DNA of 64,000 bases, taken from the NCBI GenBank assembly GCA_017452475.1, contig JAFTMJ010000002.1, forward strand, positions 19,367-83,366. Direction: 5' to 3'. The position numbers were made by a program, and so were the translations under genes. Numbering within the stretch: position 1 is the stretch's first letter; the number at the start of each line of letters is the position of its first letter. The notes beneath the pieces are model-generated. The model searched no databases. It was not told where the DNA came from and worked only from the letters and a program-made list of their open reading frames with translations. Source of the stretch: Clostridia bacterium (GTDB taxonomy: Bacteria > Bacillota > Clostridia > Oscillospirales > CAG-272). Of the stretch, positions 38,223 to 48,205 are shown piece by piece.

Positions 38223-40067
38223 TCAATTACTCTTTAAATAATCGTATATCTTTTCTGCATCCTTTTTGCCAATTCCCTTAACTGCGGCAATCTCATCAAT
38301 GCTTGCTTCTCTCAAAGCTGTCAAGGTCTTAAAATGAGCCATAACGCTTTTTGCCTTTGAGTTGCCAATGCCATCAATATTCTCGAGGGAATACCGCTTT
38401 AAGGTCTTGCGCTTGGCAGTGTCCATTTTGGAAACAGAAAACCTATGCACTTCCTCTTGAAGCTTATAAACAAATACAAAGACAGACTGCTCCTTTGCAA
38501 TGCTTATTTCCTTATCCTCTGTAACAACGGTTCTTGTTTTGTGATGCTCATCCTTAACCATACCGAACACAGGCACATCTATTCCGTTTTCCTTAAGTGC
38601 CTTTTTTACAACAGACACGTGGGTAGCGCCGCCGTCAAGCAAAATCAGGTCCGGCATATTTGAAAAGCTGCCCCGTTCATCATCAAGGTGGGAAAAGCGC
38701 CTTAGTATAACCTCAGTCATTGCCGCATAATCATCAGCACCGAATTGGTTTTTGATTTTAAATACACGGTAATCACTCTTTTTAAGCTTTCCGTTTTCGG
38801 AAACAATCATTCCTGCGGTTATATGCTCATTTCCCAAATTGGAAATATCATACGCCTCAATTCTTTCAACAGTTTTACTTAATCCAAGCATCTCGGATAG
38901 CTTTAACAACACCCTATTGTCCTGCTCCATCTTGTTTTTGTACTGCTTTGCCTGCTCCTCTGCATTGTGTGATACCATATCGCAAAGCTTTTTGGTATCT
39001 CCTTTTTGCGGAACCCTTAGCCTTACAGCCCTTTTGGATATGCTTCTTATATATTCCTGCACAAGCTCCATTTCGCCCACATCAAAATCGAAGGCTAATA
39101 AAATTTCACTCGGCACATATTCTCTTTTGGTATACAGCTCCGTAATGAAAGACGACATATATTCGTATCCCTTATCAACCGTTAGCTCAGATGCACCAAA
39201 TATAAAATTATCACTGTCCGATATTATTCCGCTTCTAATGTAAAACACGGAAATACAGGTTGAAAGATTGTCACTGTAAACCGCTATAATATCATACTCA
39301 TCGTCAGGGGAGCCAACAACCTTCTGCTTATCTCTTAGCCGCTTTAGTGCCTCTATTCCGTCACGGCACCTTGCAGCATCCTCAAAGCACTCATTCTCAG
39401 CATACTTGTACATCTGCTCAGTAAGAGCGTTAACCGCCTCCTTGATATTGCCCCTTAGTACATCGGCAGCACACTGCATAATCTTATAATAGCTCTGTTG
39501 GCTGATACTGTTGTCGCAAGGAGCTACGCACCTGCCAATTTGCTTGTATATGCAAGGTCTTTCCTTGCCTATATCTCTTGGAAACACCCGTTTGCACATT
39601 GGTATGCTAAGAGTTCTTTCAAGCACACCGAGCACGCCGTAAACAACGCCTGCGCCCGAGTACGGTCCAAAATACTTGGCACCGTCAAGCTGCCTTTTTC
39701 TTGTCATACTCATACGGGGATATTCCTCGTTCATAGTCAGCTTAATGTACGGATATGACTTTGAATCCTTAAGCAAAATATTGTATTTCGGAGTATATTG
39801 CTTAATTTTAACATTTTCTAATGCCAGCGCCTCAATTTCAGTATCACAAAAAACAGTGTCGAAATCCTCCACCTGTGAAACCATCTTCACGGTTTTGATG
39901 TTGGCATCAGATGAAAGATGAAAATACTGAGAAACCCTATCCTTTAAAGAACGGGATTTGCCAACATATATGACCCTCCCGTTTTTGTCCTTCATAATGT
40001 ATATACCCGGTGTTTTAGGCAGAGAGGCAGCCTTTTTTCTTAAATATTCAAGCCTTTCATTTGTCAT
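38223..40067 (-). CDS. uvrC: Excinuclease ABC subunit C
   Basis: 614 aa with an N-terminal GIY-YIG domain (PGIYIMKDKNGRVIYVGKS), a UVR domain and a C-terminal HhH region (IDGIGNSKA...VKGIGKKDAEKI). Confidence 0.95.
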   Translation of the reverse strand: MTNERLEYLRKKAASLPKTPGIYIMKDKNGRVIYVGKSRSLKDRVSQYFHLSSDANIKTVKMVSQVEDFDTVFCDTEIEALALENVKIKQYTPKYNILLKDSKSYPYIKLTMNEEYPRMSMTRKRQLDGAKYFGPYSGAGVVYGVLGVLERTLSIPMCKRVFPRDIGKERPCIYKQIGRCVAPCDNSISQQSYYKIMQCAADVLRGNIKEAVNALTEQMYKYAENECFEDAARCRDGIEALKRLRDKQKVVGSPDDEYDIIAVYSDNLSTCISVFYIRSGIISDSDNFIFGASELTVDKGYEYMSSFITELYTKREYVPSEILLAFDFDVGEMELVQEYIRSISKRAVRLRVPQKGDTKKLCDMVSHNAEEQAKQYKNKMEQDNRVLLKLSEMLGLSKTVERIEAYDISNLGNEHITAGMIVSENGKLKKSDYRVFKIKNQFGADDYAAMTEVILRRFSHLDDERGSFSNMPDLILLDGGATHVSVVKKALKENGIDVPVFGMVKDEHHKTRTVVTEDKEISIAKEQSVFVFVYKLQEEVHRFSVSKMDTAKRKTLKRYSLENIDGIGNSKAKSVMAHFKTLTALREASIDEIAAVKGIGKKDAEKIYDYLKSN

Positions 40068-40127
40068 AATTGCCCACCATAATTAAATAGGCGACAGTCA
40101 AAGACCATCGCCGTAATGTTATGTAAA

Positions 40128-40391
40128 TTAGTCATTAAGCTCGGATGAAATAAGCTTTTCAAGACCGTTAAGTGCCTCAGCCTCATCCTCACCATCTGCA
40201 ATCAATGTAACAGCAGTGCCCTTAACTATACCCATAGAAAGAACGCCAAGCAAGCTCTTAGCATTAACTCTTCTATCCTCCTTCTCAATCCAAATAGACG
40301 CCTTAAATGTGTTCGCCTTTTGAATAAAGAATGTAGCGGGTCTAGCATGCAAGCCAACCTCATTTACAATTGTAACATCACGTGATACCAT
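40128..40391 (-). CDS. ptsH: Phosphocarrier protein HPr (start corrected)
   Basis: MVSRDVTIVNEVGLHARPA carries His15 and NAKSLLGVLSMG carries Ser46. SD GAGGAG lies upstream of the ATG at 40391. The TTG extension in the track overlaps that SD. Confidence 0.9.
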   Translation of the reverse strand: MVSRDVTIVNEVGLHARPATFFIQKANTFKASIWIEKEDRRVNAKSLLGVLSMGIVKGTAVTLIADGEDEAEALNGLEKLISSELND

Positions 40392-40582
40392 AATTCTCTC
40401 CTCTTTCAATGTAAGGACACGCCCAAAATAAATTCGTGTCTTATTATAACAAACATTTATTTAAAAATCAATACTTTTTCACTAAAAATTATATCTTTTT
40501 CAATTAATTAGCGCTTTTATTAGTAAATATTAGATTTTTATGGTAAAAAGTTAGTTATATTGCTGTTTTTTTAATTTACATC

Positions 40583-40611
40583 TTGAAATTATAGAAAATA
40601 TATTATATAAT
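40583..40611 (+). promoter_or_regulatory. Sigma-A-type promoter of glyQS
   Basis: TTGAAA (40583..40588), a 17-nt spacer, then TATAAT (40606..40611). The remaining leader is only about 40 nt. Confidence 0.55.
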
Positions 40612-40653
40612 GTTAGGGAAAATTTTTCATAAAGCTTTGAAAGGATTTTTGTT

Positions 40654-42045
40654 ATGATTAATACTGAAAAAACAATGGAAAAAATCGTTGCTCTATGCAA
40701 GACAAGGGGCTTTGTATATCCCGGCTCTGAAATTTACGGCGGTCTTGCCAACTCTTGGGATTTCGGTCCTTTAGGCGTAGAGTTTAAGAATAATATTAAA
40801 AAGGCTTGGTGGAAGAAATTTGTGACTGAGTCCAAGTACAATGTGGGTCTTGACAGTGCAATCCTTATGAACCCACAGGTTTGGGTAGCATCAGGTCACG
40901 TTGGCGGCTTCTCCGACCCGCTTATGGACTGTAAGCAGTGCAAAACAAGACACCGTGCAGACAAGCTTATTGAGGATTGGGCTGCTGAAAACAACGAGGC
41001 TGTAAACCCCGCTACTATGTCTAACGAGGAGATGTTCTCCTTCATCAAGGAAAAGAAGATTGTTTGTCCTTCCTGCGGTAGCGGTGACTTTACCGATATT
41101 AGAAAGTTCAATCTTATGTTCAAAACCTTCCAGGGCGTTACTGAGGATTCCACATCTGAGCTTTACCTTCGTCCCGAAACTGCACAGGGCATTTTTGTAA
41201 ACTTTAAGAACATCGCAAGAACCACCCGTAAAAAGATGCCTTTCGGCGTTGGTCAAATCGGTAAATCCTTCAGAAACGAAATCACCCCCGGCAACTTCAT
41301 TTTCCGTATCCGTGAGTTTGAGCAGATGGAGCTTGAGTTCTTCTGCAAGCCGGGCACTGACCTTGAGTGGTTCAAGTATTGGAAGGACTACTGCGCAAAC
41401 TTCCTTTACAACTTGGGTATGAAGAAGGAAAACCTTCGTCTAAGAGACCACGACCCTGAGGAGCTTTGCTTCTACTCTAAGGCTACAACAGACTTTGAGT
41501 ACTTATTCCCGTTCGGTTGGGGCGAGCTTTGGGGTATTGCTGACCGTACCGACTACGACCTAACACAGCACGCTAATTTGTCCGGTGAGGCTATGGACTA
41601 CTTTGATGCTGAAACAAACGAAAAGTATGTTCCATATGTTATCGAGCCATCCCTCGGTGCTGACAGAGTTACTCTTGCTTTCTTGGTTGAGGCTTATGAC
41701 GAGGAGGCGGTTGGAGAAAACGATGTTCGTACAGTTCTTCACTTCCACCCTGCATTGGCGCCCTTCAAGGCTGCTGTTCTTCCTCTTTCAAAGAAGCTTT
41801 CTGAAAAGGCTTCAGCTATTCAAGAGGAGCTTTGCAAGTACTTCACTGTTGACTTTGATGAAACAGGCTCTATCGGTAAGAGATACCGCCGTCAGGACGA
41901 AATTGGCACTCCATTCTGCATCACATATGACTTTGAGTCTGAGGCAGACGGCTGCGTAACAGTTCGTGACAGAGATACTATGGAGCAGGTAAGGCTTCCT
42001 ATTTCTGAGCTTAAGAGCTACATTGGAGAAAAAATAATGTTTTAA
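40654..42045 (+). CDS. glyQS: Glycine--tRNA ligase (homodimeric alpha2 type)
   Basis: 463 aa with [44 protein letters not shown] (class II motif 2) and PSLGADR. Confidence 0.95.
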   Translation: MINTEKTMEKIVALCKTRGFVYPGSEIYGGLANSWDFGPLGVEFKNNIKKAWWKKFVTESKYNVGLDSAILMNPQVWVASGHVGGFSDPLMDCKQCKTRHRADKLIEDWAAENNEAVNPATMSNEEMFSFIKEKKIVCPSCGSGDFTDIRKFNLMFKTFQGVTEDSTSELYLRPETAQGIFVNFKNIARTTRKKMPFGVGQIGKSFRNEITPGNFIFRIREFEQMELEFFCKPGTDLEWFKYWKDYCANFLYNLGMKKENLRLRDHDPEELCFYSKATTDFEYLFPFGWGELWGIADRTDYDLTQHANLSGEAMDYFDAETNEKYVPYVIEPSLGADRVTLAFLVEAYDEEAVGENDVRTVLHFHPALAPFKAAVLPLSKKLSEKASAIQEELCKYFTVDFDETGSIGKRYRRQDEIGTPFCITYDFESEADGCVTVRDRDTMEQVRLPISELKSYIGEKIMF

Positions 42046-42047
42046 TC

Positions 42048-42076
42048 TTGACAAATAAATAACTTAATGCTAAAAT
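42048..42076 (+). promoter_or_regulatory. Sigma-A-type promoter of the ileS T-box leader
   Basis: TTGACA (42048..42053), a 17-nt spacer, then TAAAAT (42071..42076). Confidence 0.65.
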
Positions 42077-42082
42077 TACTTT

Positions 42083-42313
42083 AAATAAAGACTGTGACGG
42101 AGACAGTACTGCTTGGCAAAGGCTTAAGCGAGTTGGGGACGGTGGAAGCCCAATGTTAGTAGCCATTCACGAATATCACTCCCGAGTTGCTATACGAATT
42201 CAGTAGTATTTGACGGTTTCCTCCCGTTACAGAAGACACATATGGTGGTATGTTGAATAGGTGGTAACGAATAAGTTTTATCTCGTCCTGTTCATGCAGG
42301 GCGAGATTTTTTA
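42083..42313 (+). promoter_or_regulatory. T-box leader (tRNA-Ile specifier AUC) with terminator/antiterminator
   Basis: GTGACGGAGACAGTA is K-turn/AGTA-like. AAGCGAG is AG-bulge-like and GGTGGAA is distal-loop-like. The specifier GAAT-ATC-A sits at 42175..42177, and an F-box CCGTTA lies at 42224..42229. The T-box sequence AATAGGTGGTAACG lies at 42256..42269. The terminator is ATCTCGTCCTG-TTCAT-GCAGGGCGAGAT plus T6 (42280..42312). Confidence 0.85.
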
Positions 42314-42344
42314 TTACAAAATAAAAACGAAAGGAATTTCAAAG

Positions 42345-45300
42345 ATGTACAATAAGGTTTCTACTAATCTTAACTTCGTTGAAAGAGAAAAAGCAACTGA
42401 GCAATTTTGGAAGGATGAGCAAATTTTCGAAAAAAGCATAAAAATGCGCGAAAGCTCCCCCTCCTACACATTTTATGACGGACCCCCAACAGCTAACGGT
42501 AAGCCCCATATCGGTCACGTGCTTACCCGTGTTATCAAGGATATGATTCCAAGATACAGAACTATGAAGGGCTATATGGTTCCAAGAAAAGCAGGCTGGG
42601 ACACCCACGGCTTGCCTGTTGAGTTAGAGGTTGAAAAGCTTCTCGGTCTTGACGGCAAGGAGCAGATTGAAGAGTACGGCTTAGAGCCATTTATCGCAAA
42701 ATGTAAGGAAAGTGTTTGGAAGTACAAGGGTATGTGGGAGGACTTCTCCTCCACTGTCGGCTTCTGGGCTGATATGGACCACCCATATGTAACATATAGC
42801 AACAACTTTATTGAATCTGAGTGGTGGGCTTTGAAGCAGATTTGGGACAAGGGTCTTCTCTACAAGGGCTTCAAGATTGTTCCGTATTGCCCACGCTGCG
42901 GCACACCTCTATCCTCACACGAGGTTGCGCAGGGCTATAAGGCTGTTAAGGAAAAATCTGCGGTTGTAAGATTTAAGGTTATTGGCGAGGACGCTTATTT
43001 CCTTGCTTGGACAACAACACCTTGGACACTTCCGTCAAACGTTGCCCTTTGTGTTAACCCGGAGGAAGCATACTGCAAGGTAAGTGCAGCTGACGGTAAG
43101 GTTTACTATATGGCTAAGGCTCTTCTCGACAAGGTGCTTGGCGCACTTGTTAAGGAGGAGGGCGAAAAGGCTTACGAAATTCTTGAGGAATACAAGGGTA
43201 AGGATCTTGAGTACAAGGAATATGAGCCCTTGTTTGCCTGCGCAGGCAACAGCGCAAAGAAGCAAAACAAGAAGGCGCACTTTGTAACCTGTGATAGCTA
43301 CGTAACAATGGAGGACGGTACGGGTATTGTTCACATTGCCCCTGCATTTGGTGAAGACGACTCCCGTATTGGCAGAAATTATGACCTTCCGTTTGTTCAA
43401 TTTGTAAACGGCAAGGGTGAAATGACCGAGGAAACTGACTATGCAGGCGTTTTCTGCAAGAAGGCTGACCCAATGATTCTTGCTGACCTTTCTAAGGAGG
43501 GCAAGCTATTTGATGCTCCTAAATTTGAGCATGATTATCCATTCTGTTGGAGGTGTGACTCTCCCCTTATCTACTACGCAAGAGAATCTTGGTTTATCAA
43601 GATGAGCGCAGTTCGCGATAACCTTATTAAGAACAACAACACAATTAACTGGATTCCCGACTCAATCGGCAAGGGTCGCTTTGGCTCTTGGATCGCAAAT
43701 GTACAGGACTGGGGTCTTAGCCGTAACAGGTATTGGGGTACTCCGCTTAACATTTGGGAATGCGAATGCGGACACAAGCATTCTATCGGCTCTATTGAGG
43801 AATTGAGGTCTATGTCCGACAACTGTCCCGATAATATCGAGCTTCACAGACCTTTTGTTGACAATGTCACCATCAAGTGCGAAAAGTGCGGCGGACAAAT
43901 GAAGCGTGTGCCCGAGGTTATTGACTGTTGGTTTGACTCAGGTGCTATGCCGTTTGCTCAGCATCACTATCCATTTGAAAACAAGGATTTGTTTGAACAG
44001 CAGTTCCCCGCTGACTTTATTTCCGAGGCGGTTGACCAAACAAGAGGTTGGTTCTATTCCTTGCTTGCCATTTCTACTCTTATCTTTGATAAGGCTCCCT
44101 ATAAAAACGTTATTGTTCTCGGTCACGTTCAGGATGAAAACGGACAAAAAATGTCCAAATCCAAGGGTAACGCGGTTGATCCGTTTGATGCGCTTGAAAC
44201 CTACGGCGCCGATGCAATCAGGTGGTACTTCTACACTAACTCTGCTCCTTGGCTACCTAACCGTTTCCACGGAAAAGCGGTTGTTGAGGGTCAGCGTAAG
44301 TTTATGGGTACTCTTTGGAACACATACGCCTTCTATGTTCTCTATGCTAACATTGATAAGTTTGACCCAAGCAAATATAGCTTGAAGGATTGTAAGCTTT
44401 CCGTTATGGATAAGTGGTTGCTTTCAAGAATGAACACTATGGTTAAGGATGTTGACAATTGCTTGGCTAACTACAAGATTCCGGAGGCTGCAAAGGCGCT
44501 TGACTCCTTTGTTGATGAGCTTTCCAACTGGTATGTAAGGCGCGGCAGAGAGAGATATTGGGCTCAGGATATGACTGATGACAAGATTAGTGCATATATG
44601 ACCCTTTATACCGCCCTTGTAACCGTTGCCAAGGCAAGTGCGCCTATGATTCCGTTTATGTCGGAGGACATTTACAGAAATCTTGTTTGCAACATCTATA
44701 AGGATGCTCCTATAAGCGTTCACCTCTGTGATTTCCCAACGGTTGACGAAAGCGCTATTGACACTGAGCTTGAGGAAAATATGGAGGAGCTGTTGAGCAT
44801 CGTTGTTATGGGACGTAGTGCGCGTAACGGCTCAGCAATGAAGAACCGCCAGCCTCTTTCCACAATGTATGTTAAGGCAAGAAAGCAGCTCCCAAGCTAC
44901 TGCATTGATATTATCGAGGATGAGCTTAACATTAAAAGCGTTGAGTTTGTTGATGATATGTCCGCATTCTCCTCTTACTCCTTCAAGCCACAGCTAAAGA
45001 CTGTTGGTCCAAAGTACGGCAAGTTCTTGGGTCAAATAAGAACAGTTCTTGCAGGTCTTGACGGAAACAAGGCAAAGGCGGAGCTTGATGCAACAGGCTT
45101 TATCAGGTTCGATGTTGACGGCAACGAAATTGCATTGGCTGAGGAAGATTTGCTAATCGACATCCAGCAAAAGGAAGGCTACTTCTCTGTTTCCGACAAG
45201 TATACAACCGTTGCGCTTGACACTAACTTAACAGATGAGCTTATAGAAGAGGGCTTTGTTAACGAGGTAGTAAGCAAGCTCCAAACAATGCGTAAGGATT

Positions 45301-45497
45301 CCGACTTCAATGTTACAGACCACATCACTGTATATGTCAGCGGAAACGAAAAGCTTGAAGCAATCATTAAAAATAACGAAAACGAAATTTCAAAGATAGT
45401 TCTTGGCGATAACTTCGTTTACGGAAGTGACTCGAGCAATGCAAAATCCTGGGACATCAACGGCGAAAAGGTTACTCTTTCAGTTGAAAAGCTTTAA
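42345..45497 (+). CDS. ileS: Isoleucine--tRNA ligase (long, type-2-like); start corrected to ATG 42345
   Basis: About 1050 aa from MYNKVSTNLNFVEREKATEQFW, with PPTANGKPHIGHV (HIGH) and KMSKSKGN. SD AAAGGAA lies upstream. The 28-codon track extension reads through the T-box terminator. Confidence 0.95.
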   Translation: MYNKVSTNLNFVEREKATEQFWKDEQIFEKSIKMRESSPSYTFYDGPPTANGKPHIGHVLTRVIKDMIPRYRTMKGYMVPRKAGWDTHGLPVELEVEKLLGLDGKEQIEEYGLEPFIAKCKESVWKYKGMWEDFSSTVGFWADMDHPYVTYSNNFIESEWWALKQIWDKGLLYKGFKIVPYCPRCGTPLSSHEVAQGYKAVKEKSAVVRFKVIGEDAYFLAWTTTPWTLPSNVALCVNPEEAYCKVSAADGKVYYMAKALLDKVLGALVKEEGEKAYEILEEYKGKDLEYKEYEPLFACAGNSAKKQNKKAHFVTCDSYVTMEDGTGIVHIAPAFGEDDSRIGRNYDLPFVQFVNGKGEMTEETDYAGVFCKKADPMILADLSKEGKLFDAPKFEHDYPFCWRCDSPLIYYARESWFIKMSAVRDNLIKNNNTINWIPDSIGKGRFGSWIANVQDWGLSRNRYWGTPLNIWECECGHKHSIGSIEELRSMSDNCPDNIELHRPFVDNVTIKCEKCGGQMKRVPEVIDCWFDSGAMPFAQHHYPFENKDLFEQQFPADFISEAVDQTRGWFYSLLAISTLIFDKAPYKNVIVLGHVQDENGQKMSKSKGNAVDPFDALETYGADAIRWYFYTNSAPWLPNRFHGKAVVEGQRKFMGTLWNTYAFYVLYANIDKFDPSKYSLKDCKLSVMDKWLLSRMNTMVKDVDNCLANYKIPEAAKALDSFVDELSNWYVRRGRERYWAQDMTDDKISAYMTLYTALVTVAKASAPMIPFMSEDIYRNLVCNIYKDAPISVHLCDFPTVDESAIDTELEENMEELLSIVVMGRSARNGSAMKNRQPLSTMYVKARKQLPSYCIDIIEDELNIKSVEFVDDMSAFSSYSFKPQLKTVGPKYGKFLGQIRTVLAGLDGNKAKAELDATGFIRFDVDGNEIALAEEDLLIDIQQKEGYFSVSDKYTTVALDTNLTDELIEEGFVNEVVSKLQTMRKDSDFNVTDHITVYVSGNEKLEAIIKNNENEISKIVLGDNFVYGSDSSNAKSWDINGEKVTLSVEKL

Positions 45498-45504
45498 TAA
45501 TTAT

Positions 45505-45546
45505 GCCTCCGACAAGAAATTCTTGTCGGAGGCTGCTTTTATTTTT
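45505..45546. terminator. Intrinsic terminator between convergent ileS and the regulator gene
   Basis: 13-bp stem GCCTCCGACAAGA/TCTTGTCGGAGGC with a 3-nt loop, followed on the plus strand by TGCTTTTATTTTT. Confidence 0.8.
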
Positions 45547-46663
45547 CGGCTAAGGCTATCAATTCTCGGTATTTCTCATTGTTTTGCAAGGCTATAAACC
45601 GAGAATCCGTGAGCTTTGTTACTAATCTTTGATATCTGTCAACCTGTTTTCTATACAATCCGTGAGGAATAGAATTTAAAAGAGGTGATTTGGTATTAGT
45701 ATCATTATCTATCATTTGACTCTCATACAAGTCGTAATTCACCATTTTTTCAAGATAGAATAATGCTTTATCTCTGTCATTCATTTTCAAATATATCTCC
45801 GCCAAAAGCATATACAAATCTCCATGCTCTCGGTGATGAATAGGAGGCATAGTGTCATTATCTTTAAAAACACACCTTATTAGCTCAAGTGAAGTTTCCA
45901 AAACACTCGCTGCGTCCATATATTTCTCTTGTAACACATAGCTTTTTGATAACTTCGTTATTATATTCAGCATGCCTTCAAGGTAATGGAGAAATCCGTA
46001 TTGACAGCTTTTAGATTCAGTCACATAATCCTTTTTCCAGTGCGCATAATATGCGTACATAACATGGATATTAAAATCAGCTCTATACGGAAATTGGATG
46101 GCGTGTGATTTTGCTTCATCAAAATTTCCATACGCGGAATGTAATATGACCATAATCATATGTGTTCGCATTACATCCGAGATATTTTTAGAATATGATA
46201 TTACCAAATTTGCATACCGAACACAGTCTTTATATATTTGCTCTGCTCCTTCGGCATAGTACAATTCTTCATTTTCGGGATATGAAAGCGCAATTCCCGT
46301 TTCTAAACATTGCATAAGTAGAAGCTCATTGCTTGGGTAAAGCTTTAATCCCTCTTGAAGCGCGTTGTATTTTTCAAGAAGCTTTTCTGCTGTTAGAGGG
46401 GTAGATAGGAAAGCCTGTGCGTTTTTAAGTATTTGAATTACTTCTTCGTTCTCATCAATACCGTGTAAGCAGAACAAAACATCCGTACTTACCCCAAATA
46501 ATCGTGCGAGAGGAACAATCTGTGAAATATCAGGCATTCCTGTATCATTTTCCCACTTTGAAATTGCCTGAAATGTTACGCCAAGCTGTTCAGCAAGCTC
46601 CTCCTGTGTCAATCCTCGTTCTTTACGCAACTTGCGTATAATTTGTCCCATCGTTTCCTTCAT
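45539..46663 (-). CDS. XRE-family HTH regulator with a long helical-repeat (TPR-like) C-terminal domain
   Basis: 374 aa. The N-terminal IIRKLRKERGLTQEELAEQLGVTFQAISKWENDTGMPDISQIVPLARLFGVSTDVLF is a Cro/C1-type HTH. About 300 aa of helix-rich repeat-like sequence follow. It is a paralog of 51308..52429. Confidence 0.75.
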   Translation of the reverse strand: MKETMGQIIRKLRKERGLTQEELAEQLGVTFQAISKWENDTGMPDISQIVPLARLFGVSTDVLFCLHGIDENEEVIQILKNAQAFLSTPLTAEKLLEKYNALQEGLKLYPSNELLLMQCLETGIALSYPENEELYYAEGAEQIYKDCVRYANLVISYSKNISDVMRTHMIMVILHSAYGNFDEAKSHAIQFPYRADFNIHVMYAYYAHWKKDYVTESKSCQYGFLHYLEGMLNIITKLSKSYVLQEKYMDAASVLETSLELIRCVFKDNDTMPPIHHREHGDLYMLLAEIYLKMNDRDKALFYLEKMVNYDLYESQMIDNDTNTKSPLLNSIPHGLYRKQVDRYQRLVTKLTDSRFIALQNNEKYRELIALAEK

Positions 46664-46747
46664 AGTAATCTCTCCGCATATTTAATAAGTTTGTGATTAT
46701 ATTATCTCACAGTTTTTGTGTATAAAGAAGCGACTAATAATTGAACA

Positions 46748-46770
46748 TAATTCAACTTAGCGTTGAATTA
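46748..46770. promoter_or_regulatory. Perfect 9-bp inverted repeat (candidate operator) abutting the regulator promoter
   Basis: TAATTCAAC-N5-GTTGAATTA lies immediately downstream of the predicted -10. A second palindrome, TTGAA-N5-TTCAA (46741..46755), overlaps it. Confidence 0.4.
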
Positions 46771-46799
46771 ATTATAGCATAATCGTAAAGCACATACAA
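46771..46799 (-). promoter_or_regulatory. Sigma-A-type promoter of the XRE-TPR regulator gene
   Basis: Minus strand has TTGTAT (46799..46794), a 17-nt spacer, then TATAAT (46776..46771). Confidence 0.5.
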
Positions 46800-46800
46800 G

Positions 46801-46826
46801 AAAAAAGCCGAGCATGTTGCTCGGCT
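46801..46826 (-). terminator. Intrinsic terminator after the 39-aa ORF
   Basis: Minus strand has stem AGCCGAGCA/TGCTCGGCT followed by TTTTT. Confidence 0.75.
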
Positions 46827-46833
46827 GTTTGCT

Positions 46834-46953
46834 TTATGCAAAAAATCCATATGAATTGTGTAAAATCAGGATTACAGATGCAGCAATTGCCGCCACAACT
46901 ATAAGCACCGCAAATGCACCAAGAGGGGTAAGCTTTCTTTTTCTGTTTTTCAT
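46834..46953 (-). CDS. 39-aa signal-peptide-like small protein, translationally coupled to the dehydrogenase gene
   Basis: Sequence MKNRKRKLTPLGAFAVLIVVAAIAASVILILHNSYGFFA. Its ATG overlaps the upstream TGA (ATGA), GGAG lies 7 nt upstream, and a terminator follows. It is too short for the ORF track. Confidence 0.55.
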   Translation of the reverse strand: MKNRKRKLTPLGAFAVLIVVAAIAASVILILHNSYGFFA

Positions 46954-48203
46954 TTTTCGCTCCATTTTCTTGCGTTTTCAAGTAAATATTTTTCAGCCAT
47001 AGGACACCATATGTTTCCGTTTTCCTTGCAAATCGCATCAAGCCCTTTAAACAAGCTTGCGTTTTTATTATTTTTCGAGGACAAAGCCTCAAAATCGGAA
47101 ATTTTTGTAAGCGGCAAAGATATTTCCGTATAAATCAGCTTTTTCGCACCTTCAAGATTAGGTAAATTAAGGGTTGTGTCAGCAACAGCATCAATTCCTC
47201 CAATATGCGTTATCATCACACTTGGGTTGATTTTTCCCTTTTCCATTAGCTCAACCGCCATTACCATATCGTCACGGTTTCCGCCGCTTGTGCCAACAAT
47301 ATGGGTCGAGGCATAGTGTGCGTTGTAAAAATTGAACTGCGCAGAAAAGTCTTTTTTAGTAGGTCCTGCAAAAAAATTTAGGCATCCGTCCTCACACAGT
47401 AAGCTGTCGCCAAGCTGAACCAATGCACTGACAGGGGCAAAAACAAATACATCGTCATATCCCGTGCCACCGCTTAGCCTCATCAGCTCATCCTTATCGC
47501 TTGTATTAACAAAAGTTAGCCTTTCGTTTTCAAAAAGCTCCTTTGCCCTGTTAATCTTCAAATCATCTATTTCGGTAACTACCAACAAAGAAGGAGGGAT
47601 TTCAAGCCCATTTAAGGCATAATCTATGGCGCCAAGCCCCATTGGACCGCAGCCTGCCAAAATCAGCATTTTGCCACCCTTTTTCACGCCCATATTATGT
47701 ATGTATTTTCCCTTTTCTGTGTGATAGCTTGCGTTAAAAGCGCCGATAATACAGCTCATAGGCTCTGACAAGCTGCCCATAAAAAAGCAATCCGAATTAT
47801 ATTTGATTAGGTTATTTGTTTCCATAACCTCATTTGGAATTACAACAAATTGAGAAGCGCCTCCAATAAATTCGTAGGAATAACCCGGGGCATCAAGGGA
47901 GCCGTTGTAGCAAAGCGCAGGCTGAATAACAAACCTATCGCCAACACTGTATTGGCTTTGCCATTTCTTGCCCACCTTCACTATTTCACCGCAAAACTCG
48001 TGACCGATTATAACAGGCCTTTCACTTATATTGTTAGGAACACGCTTATGCTCCTCTCCTTGAATTGCTGCCTTGTAGGAGGACATACAAATAGAGTCGG
48101 TTACAACCCTTGCCAAAATTTCACAATCCTTAATTTCGGGAAGCTCAAAGGTGTCAAGGCGCAAATCATTCTTTCCGTGCAGTCTTACCGCAACATTTTT
48201 CAT
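46950..48203 (-). CDS. Zinc-type medium-chain dehydrogenase/reductase (sorbose-1-phosphate-reductase-like)
   Basis: 417 aa with GHEFCGEIVKVG (MDR zinc-site region) and the Rossmann motif LILAGCGPMGLGA. Confidence 0.8.
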   Translation of the reverse strand: MKNVAVRLHGKNDLRLDTFELPEIKDCEILARVVTDSICMSSYKAAIQGEEHKRVPNNISERPVIIGHEFCGEIVKVGKKWQSQYSVGDRFVIQPALCYNGSLDAPGYSYEFIGGASQFVVIPNEVMETNNLIKYNSDCFFMGSLSEPMSCIIGAFNASYHTEKGKYIHNMGVKKGGKMLILAGCGPMGLGAIDYALNGLEIPPSLLVVTEIDDLKINRAKELFENERLTFVNTSDKDELMRLSGGTGYDDVFVFAPVSALVQLGDSLLCEDGCLNFFAGPTKKDFSAQFNFYNAHYASTHIVGTSGGNRDDMVMAVELMEKGKINPSVMITHIGGIDAVADTTLNLPNLEGAKKLIYTEISLPLTKISDFEALSSKNNKNASLFKGLDAICKENGNIWCPMAEKYLLENARKWSEK

Positions 48204-48205
48204 TT

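Noticed and set aside
40410-40653. T-box leader upstream of glyQS
   Set aside because: There is no GGTGGTA-type T-box sequence, specifier-loop context or terminator. The region is an AT-rich divergent promoter spacer.
42261-42344. 28-codon N-terminal extension of ileS
   Set aside because: It begins within the T-box core sequence (42256..42269) and reads through the terminator hairpin and U-tract. The IleRS-like sequence and the SD point to the ATG at 42345.
46772-47092. 106-aa minus-strand ORF overlapping the dehydrogenase 3' end
   Set aside because: It is out of frame with the well-supported dehydrogenase and with the SD-equipped 39-aa ORF, and it runs across a terminator hairpin.
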